From: an uncultured Acidobacteriaceae bacterium
GTDB lineage: Bacteria; Acidobacteriota; Terriglobia; Terriglobales; Acidobacteriaceae
Length of the DNA stretch: 64,000 nt
Direction: 5' to 3'
Assembly: GCA_963834205.1 (NCBI GenBank)
Contig: CAWIBI010000055.1
Location: 162 to 64,161, forward strand
Shown here: in pieces, positions 18,701-26,871 of the stretch
How positions within the stretch are numbered: position 1 is the stretch's first letter
Layout of the letters: each line of letters begins with the position of its first letter
Made by a program: the position numbers and the translations under genes
The notes under the pieces: generated by a model
Database searches by the model: none
Told to the model about the DNA's origin: nothing
Seen by the model: only the letters and a program-made list of their open reading frames with translations

Positions 18701-19533
18701 CCGGTGGTGCGGTTGTACTCCGCCGAGGGCAGGGCTTCGGTCACGGTAAGCTGCTGCAGCGCGTCGACCGACGGCGCCTCTTCGTCAAAAGAGGAGCCAT
18801 TTTCACTGCGCTGCTGGCTAAGACCGTCGATCAGCACCTCGGCTCCATAATCCTGGCCGCCGGCGATCTTGCTGAAAAAGATTCCGTTCGGACTGTTGGC
18901 AGTTCCGGGTCCGGTGTTGCCAGGTAACAGGAAAATAAAGGCCTCCGGCGACCTGAAGGCGCCAACGCCCCCGAGCGCCAGTGGCAGTTTCTGATACTGG
19001 TCCGCGGTGATGGTTCCGGATACATCAGAGCTCTCTGTCTCCAGTTGAGGGGCGTCCGCCGCGACGGTGACGCTGGTAGTTGTGGTCCCGACCTTCAATT
19101 CGACGTTGAGAACGGTCGTGACCTGCAGGTTTACCTGGATTCCGGTGAGCTTCTCCGGCTGAAAACCCTGGGCGCTTACATTAATGTCAAATGTGCCGAT
19201 GGGAACCTGGGAAAAACGATAAGAGCCGGCCGAGGTAGAGACTGTCTCCAGCTTGGTTCCGGTGGTTTCTTCTACAGCCTGTACATTGGCGCCGGACACG
19301 ACCGCCCCAGTTGGATCGGTGATTGTCCCGGTGATACCGCCGAACACTGTCTGCGCGCTGGACGGCAGGGTTAAGCAAAAACCGGTTAACAGCAAAAGGG
19401 CACACCCAGTCCAAAGTTTTGCGAGCCTCACGACTGCCTCCACAAAAGCTGTTCCTACTGATGTTTTTGTTGCGGTTTTAGCTGTCTTACCGCTGCAGCT
19501 CCCTAATCTCATCCAACGGTTACATCGCCACAC
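15760..19533 (-). CDS. TonB-dependent receptor with N-terminal CarboxypepD_reg-like domain (intact)
   Basis: 1257-aa ORF. Signal peptide, then TVFGGITGTITDPTGAVVSGANVQAVEETTGTK...GSYRFSQVPIGTFDINVSAQGF (CarboxypepD_reg). Plug/barrel-like remainder ending ...QVTGRISF, a terminal aromatic typical of outer-membrane barrels. The true start may be ATG 19512 or an internal GTG. Confidence 0.85.
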   Translation of the reverse strand: MWRCNRWMRLGSCSGKTAKTATKTSVGTAFVEAVVRLAKLWTGCALLLLTGFCLTLPSSAQTVFGGITGTITDPTGAVVSGANVQAVEETTGTKLETVSTSAGSYRFSQVPIGTFDINVSAQGFQPEKLTGIQVNLQVTTVLNVELKVGTTTTSVTVAADAPQLETESSDVSGTITADQYQKLPLALGGVGAFRSPEAFIFLLPGNTGPGTANSPNGIFFSKIAGGQDYGAEVLIDGLSQQRSENGSSFDEEAPSVDALQQLTVTEALPSAEYNRTTGGFENFVTKSGTSKFHGYGYEILRNTALDANLWFNGGNRDQQCSGANDTASCLATFATPVDRKNDYGGTFSGPVWIPKIFDGRDKTFFFFAWEQLRYNLGATTITTVPTAQELSGDFSNPAIFNPSPATAAGTNPCDGTTVYKGQIFDPSTTRNVNGVECRTAFPGNKIPGGFSPVAQKILAYFPAPTNGNVFNNFSYSSTAPIENTTLTVRIDTSITSKLKLWSSYSSRDNNRISGAPQYLPYPIDYATWKQDFETHFWRLGLDYIIAPNLLNHFIIGSNRSNSINFAEPALQNKNWLGLLGIGNAVSKNFPVVTNGFTAQEGMPNNGDNIDNGLRLIDSISWQKGRHSLTFGTDIRYQQYSPINNNSPSISFSSGQTAASPNLGETGNGLASELLGLVGGGGQNVYSHQSRWISWYYSGYVQDDWKISRNLTLNLGLNYSVDVPRREAINYTSQFSYTANDPEYGVPGALIFGTTCTGCNTKWADTYFKDFAPRVGFAYTPPWLSGKTVLRGGAGILYGPLQYDDFGGSMNSGYKSNPSFNSNNGFDPSFVIDAGYPAFTAPPNLDPGQFNGQPVSGSYIAPKAGRPAAVYDYNMQVQQEVAKDLIASIGYVGSEAQNLQANNQNLNNIPYQDIALGNLLGTNVANNPYGVASPFAGFYSLWGNNVPIQRALRPFPQYDYIDSGCCLEASGHSSYNALLASLSRRYRDGLSLQVSYTFAKNINDTDSALPNTNPGQPQVQNPSNLHQEKAISIQDIRNTFVLAPVYELPFGRGKQFLNSGPATYVVGGWQIGAILRYQDGQPMAFCCTQGIPGWQNATRYNAVPGVPIKSAVYQSGWKKIQPFNTANGSDPTVNSFFNGANTSSALAYTSGAAQPAFIDQVAAVNALPAGSPVPYTLGDTPRVTNIRMPPWLNEDISVLKDVPIHENIKFELKFEFLNAFNRHLFGSPDDNPADFTFGIPTYQANSPRAIQVTGRISF

Positions 19534-19670
19534 AAAGCAAACCTGGGCCTTTGGTAACAGCCGTTGCCAAGTCAGGAGGAGACTAGTAAAGATGGGCTAC
19601 GATACGCATGAGTCAGCGCAACCAGCAGCTTGTGGTTCAGTTGAACTAGATGGGAGGAGCACAGTGGATA

Positions 19671-19734
19671 GGGGTTTGGTGCCGCGCCTACGGCGCTCCA
19701 TCATCTTCGCGACTGATTTCCCAGCCCTTCCCCG
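19671..19734. repeat. Intergenic repeat unit, copy 1 (gggtttRgtgccgcgcctacggcgctc...cccagcccttcc)
   Basis: Direct repeat of 20008-20070. The first 27 nt match at 26 of 27, with similar tails. Shorter cggtttagtgcc fragments recur at 20195-20206 and 40454-40465. Confidence 0.7.
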
Positions 19735-20007
19735 GATTTCCTGTGGAACTTAGTGGCTTTGGCAAACTTCATGCGCCTTTCCTTACTGAAAGGCGCACAC
19801 GCGGCTTTGTTCGGTGTTGCGTGGCAGGAAATCCGGGTGCGCTCCTAATGAACAAGCGGGCTTCCTGTCAGATCGGACGCTCGTCGAGGGAACAGTCGCT
19901 CCACTACGCTTCGCTCCGGTCGGGATGACAATTCATTTCTGGGACTTACAGCTCCCCCATAAATTAAGAGAACTGCAGATCCCTCGGCTTCGCTCCTAAT
20001 GACACAG

Positions 20008-20070
20008 GGGTTTAGTGCCGCGCCTACGGCGCTCGGATCATCCACGGATCGATGTCCCAGCCCTTCCGGG
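20008..20070. repeat. Intergenic repeat unit, copy 2
   Basis: Direct repeat of 19671-19734. Confidence 0.7.
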
Positions 20071-20129
20071 CTGGGCTCACATTTGGCGGTCGGCCCTCCG
20101 GGCCTCGCATCCATGGCGATTGCAGGTGT

Positions 20130-20206
20130 CATTTCTCCCTCAACTTGCCACAGGCAAGTTGGCTGCTCGGGATGACACGGAGCGAGGGGACGATCGGTTT
20201 AGTGCC
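20130..20206. repeat. Dispersed 77-nt repeat with internal hairpin (caacttgcc-aca-ggcaagttg), copy 1
   Basis: Aligns without gaps to 40389-40465, with roughly three quarters identical by eye. Both copies start cattYctccctcaacttgcc and end cggtttagtgcc. Confidence 0.65.
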
Positions 20207-20278
20207 GCGCTGTGTCATTAAGGAGCGCAGCCGAGGGATCTGCAGTTCAGCGGACCTTTCCTGAATGATCCTCGCAGG

Positions 20279-20920
20279 CTAGTCGTGAACGTCAAGCAGT
20301 CCTTGCTGGATTGCGGTGGTGACGGCCTCGGTCCGGTCCGCGACCTCCAACTTCTCAATGACGTTGTTGACGTGATTTCTGGCGGTATTGGCGCTGATCT
20401 CAAGCGCAGTGCCGATCTGCTTGTTAGTAAGCCCCTTGGCCATCATCTCGAGGATCTCCCGTTCGCGGGCAGTGAGGTTGGAGCGCGCCATTCTGTTGGC
20501 GAGGCGTGAGGCGACATGTGGCGGAAAATGGCAGCGCCCGGAGGCGACGGTTTTGATGGCCTCGACCATCTCCTGCTGGGTGGTGCTCTTGAGCAGGTAA
20601 CCATGAGCCCCGGCGCGCACCGCGCGATATACGTCTTCGTCGGTTTCGAAATTAGTGAGCACTAGCACACGGGGCGGGTCGGGATAGGAGCGCAGCGCCT
20701 GCAGCGTCTCAATGCCGTTCATGCCGGGCATACGGAGGTCGAGCAGCATCACCTCGGGCCGATGCCGTTCTATGAGCGCGAAGGCCTCCTGCCCATTCCA
20801 GGCCGCGCCAACCACGTCCAGACTCTCCTGGGTGCCGAGCATGCTGGCGAGGCCGGCACGGACGACAGGATGGTCATCAACGATAAGAATACGGACTTTG
20901 CCGTTCGCTTCTTTGTTCAT
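20279..20920 (-). CDS. NarL/LuxR-family response regulator (REC + HTH_LuxR)
   Basis: KVRILIVDDHPVVRAGL...MLLDLRMPGMNG (receiver domain) and LTAREREILEMMAKGLTNKQIGTALEISANTARNHVNNVIEKL (LuxR HTH). Confidence 0.9.
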   Translation of the reverse strand: MNKEANGKVRILIVDDHPVVRAGLASMLGTQESLDVVGAAWNGQEAFALIERHRPEVMLLDLRMPGMNGIETLQALRSYPDPPRVLVLTNFETDEDVYRAVRAGAHGYLLKSTTQQEMVEAIKTVASGRCHFPPHVASRLANRMARSNLTAREREILEMMAKGLTNKQIGTALEISANTARNHVNNVIEKLEVADRTEAVTTAIQQGLLDVHD

Positions 20921-23051
20921 AACCCGAACCTCTCAATCTGAAGAATTTGACGTAGTAGGCGAGGCGCGCGAGCGGGAGGCGCAATGGCACTGGCGCTGTG
21001 ACGATAACACGAGTGCCGGCACCGGGAGAGCTGGTGACTTGCAGCATGGCCGCAATTCCCTCGGCGCGTTTGCGCATCCCCTGCAAGCCAAAGCCGCGAA
21101 CCGGCGAGGTTGGCTCGAAACCGACGCCGTTATCTTCTATCACCATCGATATCGCCGTCGATTTGTATTCCGTTTGAATGAGGATGGCCGAGGGAGAGCC
21201 GTGCAGCAGGGAATTGGCGACCGCCTCCTGGCCGATGCGAAACAACGCATCTTTCATGGCATAGGGAAGACCGTTTTCCTCTCCGCTTACGTCCAAGCGC
21301 ACGTCGACGGCGCCGTGCTCGACCATGCGCCGGGCAAATCTTTCCAGGGCAGTGTGCAATGGCTCCGCCTGGAGGAACTCGCGGCGCAGGGTCATCAGGC
21401 TGCGCCGGGCCTCCTCATGACTATGGCGCACCAGCTCGCAGGCCAGCTGCAGTTGGTGATTGACCTCGGGAAGATCGCGGGGCACGCCGTTGCCGATGGC
21501 CTGCAACTGGAAGCCGATGCCGACAAAGCTCTGGGCGAGAGAATCGTGCATTTCATGGGCGATTCTCTCCCGCTCGTCGAGTACCGCCTGCAGCCTCCAG
21601 TGGTCGACCCGGATATAGAGCAGGAGGGCAAGCAGAAGCAGTATGGTGGCGCCCAGGGCGAAGAGGGCCAGGCTGCGGGCGCTCCACCACGGCGGGCCGG
21701 CCAGCACTTCGATGTCGTCGGCTGAGGGTACAAGCAAGACGAAAGGATACAGATTGTGGGTGAACTCCGGATCCACCACGCAAACTCCGCGCAGGCGCAG
21801 TCTGCTTTGCGCGGCCAGCCTGCGTAGCGAAGTGCGATTTCTTCCAGGATCGACGATGGCGCGGAAAGACTGTCCATTGCTGGTGAGGTCGAGCTCAAGG
21901 GAGCCATTGGCGGCGTTCGAGCGCTCCGCCAAAAATCCCTCGACCTCGATAAACATAGCGTCGTAGGCGCCGGTCGCGGCTTGGCTGGCGGTGATAGAAA
22001 CCGGCGGCATCGGGGCTCCCGCCCATAGCAGCCTCACCTGCGCACTGCGCAGCACCAGACTGTAGTCTCGCAGGTCCACCTCGCCCCTCGCCTCGACCTC
22101 ATCGCCAAGCTTAAGGCCAGGCAGGGAGGGCCCCACGACAGCCGCTCCTCCGGTGGTGTCCTGGAGATACAAACGCGGCGAAGTCAGCACGACTGTGCCA
22201 CGCAGTGCCGCCGTCCTCGCCTGCCTGCGGACCAGTTTCAAACTTGCGACTGTCTCCACCGGAGAAGACAGGAACGGCGATTGGTTGGCAGATGCGAGAC
22301 CGCTCAAGTTGCGGCCTTCGGGCCCATTCAGCACAGGTTCGTCGATGGCATACGGCATTCCGGCGATATGTTCTACCCCATTCTTCTCAGCGGCGGGCGA
22401 CAGATCGGCTGCGTCTACCTGTTTCACGATAAAGTTCTTCCACGCTCCGCCAGAGGAGTGCGAGCGTATACCGACCCGGCCTCGCTGTAAGCAATGGGCG
22501 CGATCATTGACGCTGATCGAGTTGGCCTCTCCGGTAATGCTGTCCACTGCGGTCGCAGAGATGCGACAGCCTACAACTGTGGCGCGCAATCGATACCAAT
22601 GGAAGGGACGCACCCCTCCCGGAATCGCCTTTCCGGCAAGCTGCAACCAGCCGTGCTCGGCAAGGCCCACGATGAGACTGCCATCATTGCTCCGCAGGCC
22701 AACATAGTAGCCGGTGTAGGAGTCCACTCCCAGCTCTTCGTCGCTGCCGCGCAGAATGACACCCGCGTCGCCTTGCTCTCCGAGCAGTTCGACGTCGGTG
22801 GTGATGGTGGCATCTTTCCACCAGGATGAACCGGTGATCAGTTTTGCGCCTCGCTCATCGGACTCGTTGCGCATGGCCCCCTGAGCAACCCGCCAAGTGC
22901 CGCCGTAAGCTGTCCACTCCTCCGATTTTCCAGCCTCAAACGAGTCTTTGTAAGGGAGGCCACGCAGCGGCGATCGCTGGTAGAACAGCCACGCCGTCCC
23001 GCAAGCGAGGAGCGCGACGAATGCGGCGATCACTCTCCATCGCCACTTCAT
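20877..23051 (-). CDS. Sensor histidine kinase (HisKA_3 + HATPase_c) with a large extracytoplasmic region containing a DUF1080/ConA-like lectin-type segment
   Basis: 724-aa ORF. N-terminal TM segment, then SFEAGKSEEWTAYGGTWRVAQGAM...YYVGL (DUF1080-like). A second TM (LALFALGATILLLLALLLYI). H-box ERERIAHEMHDSLAQ. ATPase motifs IEDNGVGF and GFGLQGMRKRAE. Overlaps the response regulator gene by 44 nt. Confidence 0.85.
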   Translation of the reverse strand: MKWRWRVIAAFVALLACGTAWLFYQRSPLRGLPYKDSFEAGKSEEWTAYGGTWRVAQGAMRNESDERGAKLITGSSWWKDATITTDVELLGEQGDAGVILRGSDEELGVDSYTGYYVGLRSNDGSLIVGLAEHGWLQLAGKAIPGGVRPFHWYRLRATVVGCRISATAVDSITGEANSISVNDRAHCLQRGRVGIRSHSSGGAWKNFIVKQVDAADLSPAAEKNGVEHIAGMPYAIDEPVLNGPEGRNLSGLASANQSPFLSSPVETVASLKLVRRQARTAALRGTVVLTSPRLYLQDTTGGAAVVGPSLPGLKLGDEVEARGEVDLRDYSLVLRSAQVRLLWAGAPMPPVSITASQAATGAYDAMFIEVEGFLAERSNAANGSLELDLTSNGQSFRAIVDPGRNRTSLRRLAAQSRLRLRGVCVVDPEFTHNLYPFVLLVPSADDIEVLAGPPWWSARSLALFALGATILLLLALLLYIRVDHWRLQAVLDERERIAHEMHDSLAQSFVGIGFQLQAIGNGVPRDLPEVNHQLQLACELVRHSHEEARRSLMTLRREFLQAEPLHTALERFARRMVEHGAVDVRLDVSGEENGLPYAMKDALFRIGQEAVANSLLHGSPSAILIQTEYKSTAISMVIEDNGVGFEPTSPVRGFGLQGMRKRAEGIAAMLQVTSSPGAGTRVIVTAPVPLRLPLARLAYYVKFFRLRGSGYEQRSERQSPYSYR

Positions 23052-24157
23052 TGGCCACTCCTGCCATTGCCCATCCAGTCCATGCTCAACATTCGGGCTA
23101 CCTGCGGTGAGTAGAGGTTTTCGCGCGTGACCAGCGTGGGACTTAGCTTCACCACCGGCGGTCCGCTCTCTCCGCGCATCTGCATGGCTACTCGTTCGAT
23201 GGCGAGTCGACCCATTTCATAGGTATTCTCGACGAGGATGGAGTCGATCTCCCCGGTGACCAGCGGCGGCACTAACTCCTGCTCGCAAGCCACTAATTTC
23301 ACCCTTCTGAGAAGGCCTCGGTGCTGCAAAGCGAGGTACGCGCCACGGGTCGTGGCCGAGTTCAAGGCGAGGAAGACATCCAGGTCCGGATTGCGTGCCA
23401 GCACGTCTTCCGCGATGTCCTGGGCCTCGGCGATGTTGAAACCGACGGCACGCTCTTCCACGATTCGGACCCCGGGATATTTCGAACCCAGACTGGTTTC
23501 AAAGGCCCGAGTGCGCTCGAGGATCCCGATCACGTCGGGATCCTCGCCGAGCACCGCGACCGTTCCCTTTCCGGAGAGAATGCCGCCAATCCTTTCGGCG
23601 GCGAGGCGTCCGGTTGCCTCCTCGTCGTTGAGGATGTACGAGAGCTTGCCGCCCGCGGGAATCGACAGCGGGGAGCTAATAACGACGATCGGAATGCCGC
23701 GTGCGACTACATCGCGTACTGGAACCATAAGCGCCAACGCCTGATCGGGCGCGAGCACCAACCCGCGCGCGCCGGCGGCGACTGCGCGCTGAATGAGGAA
23801 GACCTGCCGCTCTACGTCGTCTTCACGAGTCGGAGCGTTCCAGTAGACGGTGAGTCCCTCGCGGCGCGCCGCCGCTTCAGCGCCGGCGTGCTCCGCCTCC
23901 CACAGTATCAATGCGGTAGTGCGAGGAATCACTGCTACCATCGGCTGGCGCCGGCGCCCACAGCCCAGCGCAAGCATCCCCCCGAGAAGGCAGATACCAG
24001 CGACCTTGGGCCACCGCTTGTCTGTTAGCACATCATTCTCACGCAAGCGCTTAAAACCCCAGAGGATAGCACGGCGAGATAGCCTCTGGCCTTCAACCTC
24101 TCTTGCTCCTGGCGGCCGGCCTTGTCCGGGGAGCTGTTTTCGGCACAGGGCGCACAC
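23048..24157 (-). CDS. Periplasmic sugar-binding-protein-like protein (Peripla_BP_4/ribose-binding fold), probable lipoprotein co-sensor
   Basis: Type-I periplasmic binding fold pattern (AVIPRTT...GARGLVLAP...GIPIVVISS...GTVAVLGEDP...). The stop overlaps the kinase start as ATGA (23048-23051). The likely real start is GTG 24031, giving VLTDKRWPKVAGICLLGGMLALGCG with lipobox LALGC. Confidence 0.75.
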   Translation of the reverse strand: MCALCRKQLPGQGRPPGAREVEGQRLSRRAILWGFKRLRENDVLTDKRWPKVAGICLLGGMLALGCGRRRQPMVAVIPRTTALILWEAEHAGAEAAARREGLTVYWNAPTREDDVERQVFLIQRAVAAGARGLVLAPDQALALMVPVRDVVARGIPIVVISSPLSIPAGGKLSYILNDEEATGRLAAERIGGILSGKGTVAVLGEDPDVIGILERTRAFETSLGSKYPGVRIVEERAVGFNIAEAQDIAEDVLARNPDLDVFLALNSATTRGAYLALQHRGLLRRVKLVACEQELVPPLVTGEIDSILVENTYEMGRLAIERVAMQMRGESGPPVVKLSPTLVTRENLYSPQVARMLSMDWMGNGRSGQ

Positions 24158-25196
24158 CTCTTTCCACGGAATTAGCGCGTCTCATGGTAGAAGAGCGCAC
24201 TACCAAAGAAGGTGTGAGGACTACGGAAATGGGCTGCGGGCGCACCTTCGATTCGATCATGTTAAGCAGGATGGCGCCGGCACGTTGGCCGATCATTTGG
24301 CTGTGTTGATCGATACTCGAAAGTGGAACCCACAGTGAGCTGTCATAATGCAAATTGCCGCAGCCGATCACGGCGATGTCTTCCGGAATGCGAAGGCCCG
24401 CTTCCAGAACGGTGGTCAGGGCGCCGATCGCTAAGGGATCGTTGTAACAAAAAACCCCGTCTGGTCTCGGGTTCTGCCTCAACAGATGGCGCATGGCTTC
24501 GGCGCCCTTCCGCCCGCTTTCAATGTCCACGTTGGAACTGGCCACCACAAGCGAATCGGAATACTGCATTCCGTGGCCAAGCAGCGCTCGCTTGTATCCT
24601 TCAAATCTGCGGATTCCAGTGCTGTTGTCTCTTCCCCGAATATGAGCGATGGTGCGGCAGCCCCGTTCGATTAGATGCTCCGTGGCAATTCGTCCCGCCG
24701 CCTCGTCATCAATTCCCACAAAGTTGGCCGCTAGACCCGGTATCTCCCGGTCAATCAAGATATACGGCTGTCCCTGCCGATCCATCCGTTCAAAGGTATG
24801 CGTCGCGTTCGCGGTTGAGGCAATGACCAGAGCGTCAAGCTGCCGCCCCACAAGTTGCTGTATCTCTCGCGCCTCCAGCTCCGGATCTTCCTCCGACGAG
24901 GAGATAATGAGCGAATATCCCCGCTCTCGGACCACCGTCGATAAGGCCTTGGCCACCTCTACAAAAAATGAATGCAGTAAATCCGGAACAACCAGACCAA
25001 TGAGGTAACTGCGCCCGGTCACTAGGCCGCGGGCCAGGATATTCGGCTGGTAGTCAAGCTCTTTGGCTCGCCTCAGAACCCGTTCCCGCGTCTCCTCCGC
25101 GATATCCCGGTGGCCGCGAAGAACCTTGGAGATAGTAACTACAGAAAGGCCCAGATCCTTCGCAATATCCTTCATGCGGGCAGTCATAGCTGGCAC
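24093..25196 (-). CDS. LacI-family transcriptional regulator
   Basis: N-terminal HTH MKDIAKDLGLSVVTISKVLRG...AKELDYQPN followed by a periplasmic-binding-protein-like effector domain. Confidence 0.85.
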   Translation of the reverse strand: MPAMTARMKDIAKDLGLSVVTISKVLRGHRDIAEETRERVLRRAKELDYQPNILARGLVTGRSYLIGLVVPDLLHSFFVEVAKALSTVVRERGYSLIISSSEEDPELEAREIQQLVGRQLDALVIASTANATHTFERMDRQGQPYILIDREIPGLAANFVGIDDEAAGRIATEHLIERGCRTIAHIRGRDNSTGIRRFEGYKRALLGHGMQYSDSLVVASSNVDIESGRKGAEAMRHLLRQNPRPDGVFCYNDPLAIGALTTVLEAGLRIPEDIAVIGCGNLHYDSSLWVPLSSIDQHSQMIGQRAGAILLNMIESKVRPQPISVVLTPSLVVRSSTMRRANSVERGVRPVPKTAPRTRPAARSKRG

Positions 25197-25222
25197 TATA
25201 CAGGCGGATGCAACTCATTTGG

Positions 25223-25233
25223 AATAGCGTTAT
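25223..25233. promoter_or_regulatory. Candidate LacI-type half-palindromic operator (AATAGCGTTAT, CG-centred)
   Basis: Imperfect palindrome centred on CG, 27-37 nt upstream of the LacI start. Only 4 of the 5 inner pairs are symmetric. Confidence 0.25.
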
Positions 25234-25254
25234 CGGGGGATGAGCTCAACCGGG

Positions 25255-26871
25255 TCACTCAACGCCATAAGGTATCTGGGAGAAGAATTTTCGCTCCTGC
25301 CCGCGTGGGTCGTCGAATACCTTGGGCACGAGGTTAAACGCCAGCGTGGCACGACGAGGCAGAGTATACGGTGGCCAATAGGGAAGCCTGGCGCAGTTCG
25401 GGTCGCCATTGCGCGCGAATGCTATGTAAGCCTCGCTCATCTGTGCCGCCAGCGCATACGCTTCGGGACCCGTGCCGGTCATACGGTGAGACAGCGCGAC
25501 ATTGTCAAACGTCAATGCGAGGTCGAGTCCGTGACACGCCTTGTACTTGCCGTTGTCGACAGGTGAGCCCCAGCGGAGCTCGTACGAATAAGTCGGCGCC
25601 GACCCTGGAGGCAAGGCCGCCCTTCGCTCAATCTCGACGACCGCCGCGCGCCAGTCGTGAGAATCCGTAGTGGCGGCGAAGAAAACATCGCTGGGCGAAT
25701 AATCCGGATGAAGCCGCCGATAGAGAGTGATCATGCGATCAAGGTCGCCCATTCTCTGCGAATACGGAACGAGACTTTGTTTCAGCGTCTCCCAGCTGAG
25801 ATTGAACAAGGCTTGATCGTTCTCTCCGAGCAGAGCGCGGGATTCATCGTGATTGGTGCCCACCATGAATGGAATGTGAGCGGATATCCGCGGAGCGTCA
25901 GGACTGAACGGATTGCGCGGGAGCGCGCGGTCATCGACGACCGGGCCGTAATAGCGGTTGGCTCGGGAAGCGGTGATCAGGTTGTCGATGGAGACGGTCC
26001 CGATCTTGTTCACCTGGTCGAGCGGCAACCCCAACGCGTCCAGGACAGCCTTAGCGGATGCGGTCGCCTGATCGCGGCGCAGGGCAGTTACGGCTTCGCC
26101 GCTCGAGGTTGCCGCGCGTTGGAACAGACCCATGGCGGCAGGCATCGCCATCAGGGTAGCTACTTTGCTCCCGCCGCCCGATTCGCCAAAGATCAAAACC
26201 CGGTTCGAATCGCCGCCAAATTCAGCGATGTTGTCACGCACCCATTGCAAGGCCAGGATGAGGTCGAGCTGACCTAAGTTGCCGGAATCGGCAAACTCGG
26301 GGCCGCCGAGCTCGGCGAGGTAGAGATAGCCGAAGGCGTTCAGCCGGTGATTCAGGGTTACCACGACCACGTCCCCGCGGCGGCAGAGATTGACCCCGTC
26401 GTAGATGTCAAAATTGGCCGCGTGCGCAACAAAGCCCCCGCCATGGATATACACCATTACCGGCCGCCCGGCGCCGTCTCGCAGACCGGGAGTCCATACA
26501 TTCAGGTAGAGGCAGTCTTCGCTGACCGGCCCTCCCGGGTCGGCGACCGATCCCGCCGCGGACACCCGGGCCGGCGGCCTGATTTGCGGGGCACGTGGTC
26601 CAAACTGCAGAGCGGTGCGTATTCCCGTCCAGGACTCAGGCGGGATCGGCGCCATGAACCGGCGCGGCGGCCCGGTGCCGGCTCCGTAGGGAATACCTTT
26701 GAAGACGTGGATATTGTTGTCGATGTAACCGCGAACCATGCCCGCACTTGTCCTGGCGACCGGGCTGTTATCGGAAGCCGCGGTGGCCAGCGTGCTTCCC
26801 AGCGACGATGAGGTACAGGTCGAAGCGGCGCCGAATACCAGGCCTTTCATGGCCGAGCGGCGAGTCATCAT
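25255..26871 (-). CDS. Type-B carboxylesterase (PnbA-like), Tat-signal
   Basis: MMTRRSAMKGLVFGAAS is Tat-like. VMVYIHGGGF is the oxyanion-hole region. FGESGGGS is the nucleophile elbow GxSxG. The start overlaps the upstream gene's stop as ATGA (26868-26871). Confidence 0.85.
   Translation of the reverse strand: MMTRRSAMKGLVFGAASTCTSSSLGSTLATAASDNSPVARTSAGMVRGYIDNNIHVFKGIPYGAGTGPPRRFMAPIPPESWTGIRTALQFGPRAPQIRPPARVSAAGSVADPGGPVSEDCLYLNVWTPGLRDGAGRPVMVYIHGGGFVAHAANFDIYDGVNLCRRGDVVVVTLNHRLNAFGYLYLAELGGPEFADSGNLGQLDLILALQWVRDNIAEFGGDSNRVLIFGESGGGSKVATLMAMPAAMGLFQRAATSSGEAVTALRRDQATASAKAVLDALGLPLDQVNKIGTVSIDNLITASRANRYYGPVVDDRALPRNPFSPDAPRISAHIPFMVGTNHDESRALLGENDQALFNLSWETLKQSLVPYSQRMGDLDRMITLYRRLHPDYSPSDVFFAATTDSHDWRAAVVEIERRAALPPGSAPTYSYELRWGSPVDNGKYKACHGLDLALTFDNVALSHRMTGTGPEAYALAAQMSEAYIAFARNGDPNCARLPYWPPYTLPRRATLAFNLVPKVFDDPRGQERKFFSQIPYGVE

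Larger units (their letters stand above)
19970..20248. repeat. MITE/REPIN-like element: 38/39-nt terminal inverted repeats flanking about 200 bp of repeat-derived sequence
   Basis: Left arm 19970-20007 is gaactgcagatccctcggcttcgctcctaatgacacag. Right arm 20210-20248 is ctgtgtcattaaggagcgcagccgagggatctgcagttc. The two are reverse complements apart from 1 mismatch and 1 indel. Confidence 0.65.

Noticed and set aside
19534-20278. Possible CRISPR array suggested by repeated sequences.
   Set aside because: The repeats differ in length, are imperfect, are partly inverted and are irregularly spaced. There are no cas genes in the window.
26202-26211. The T-loop-like string ggttcgaatc, which could hint at a tRNA.
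   Set aside because: It lies inside the carboxylesterase CDS, and no acceptor or anticodon stem arrangement surrounds it. I found no tRNA-like cloverleaf in any intergenic region.
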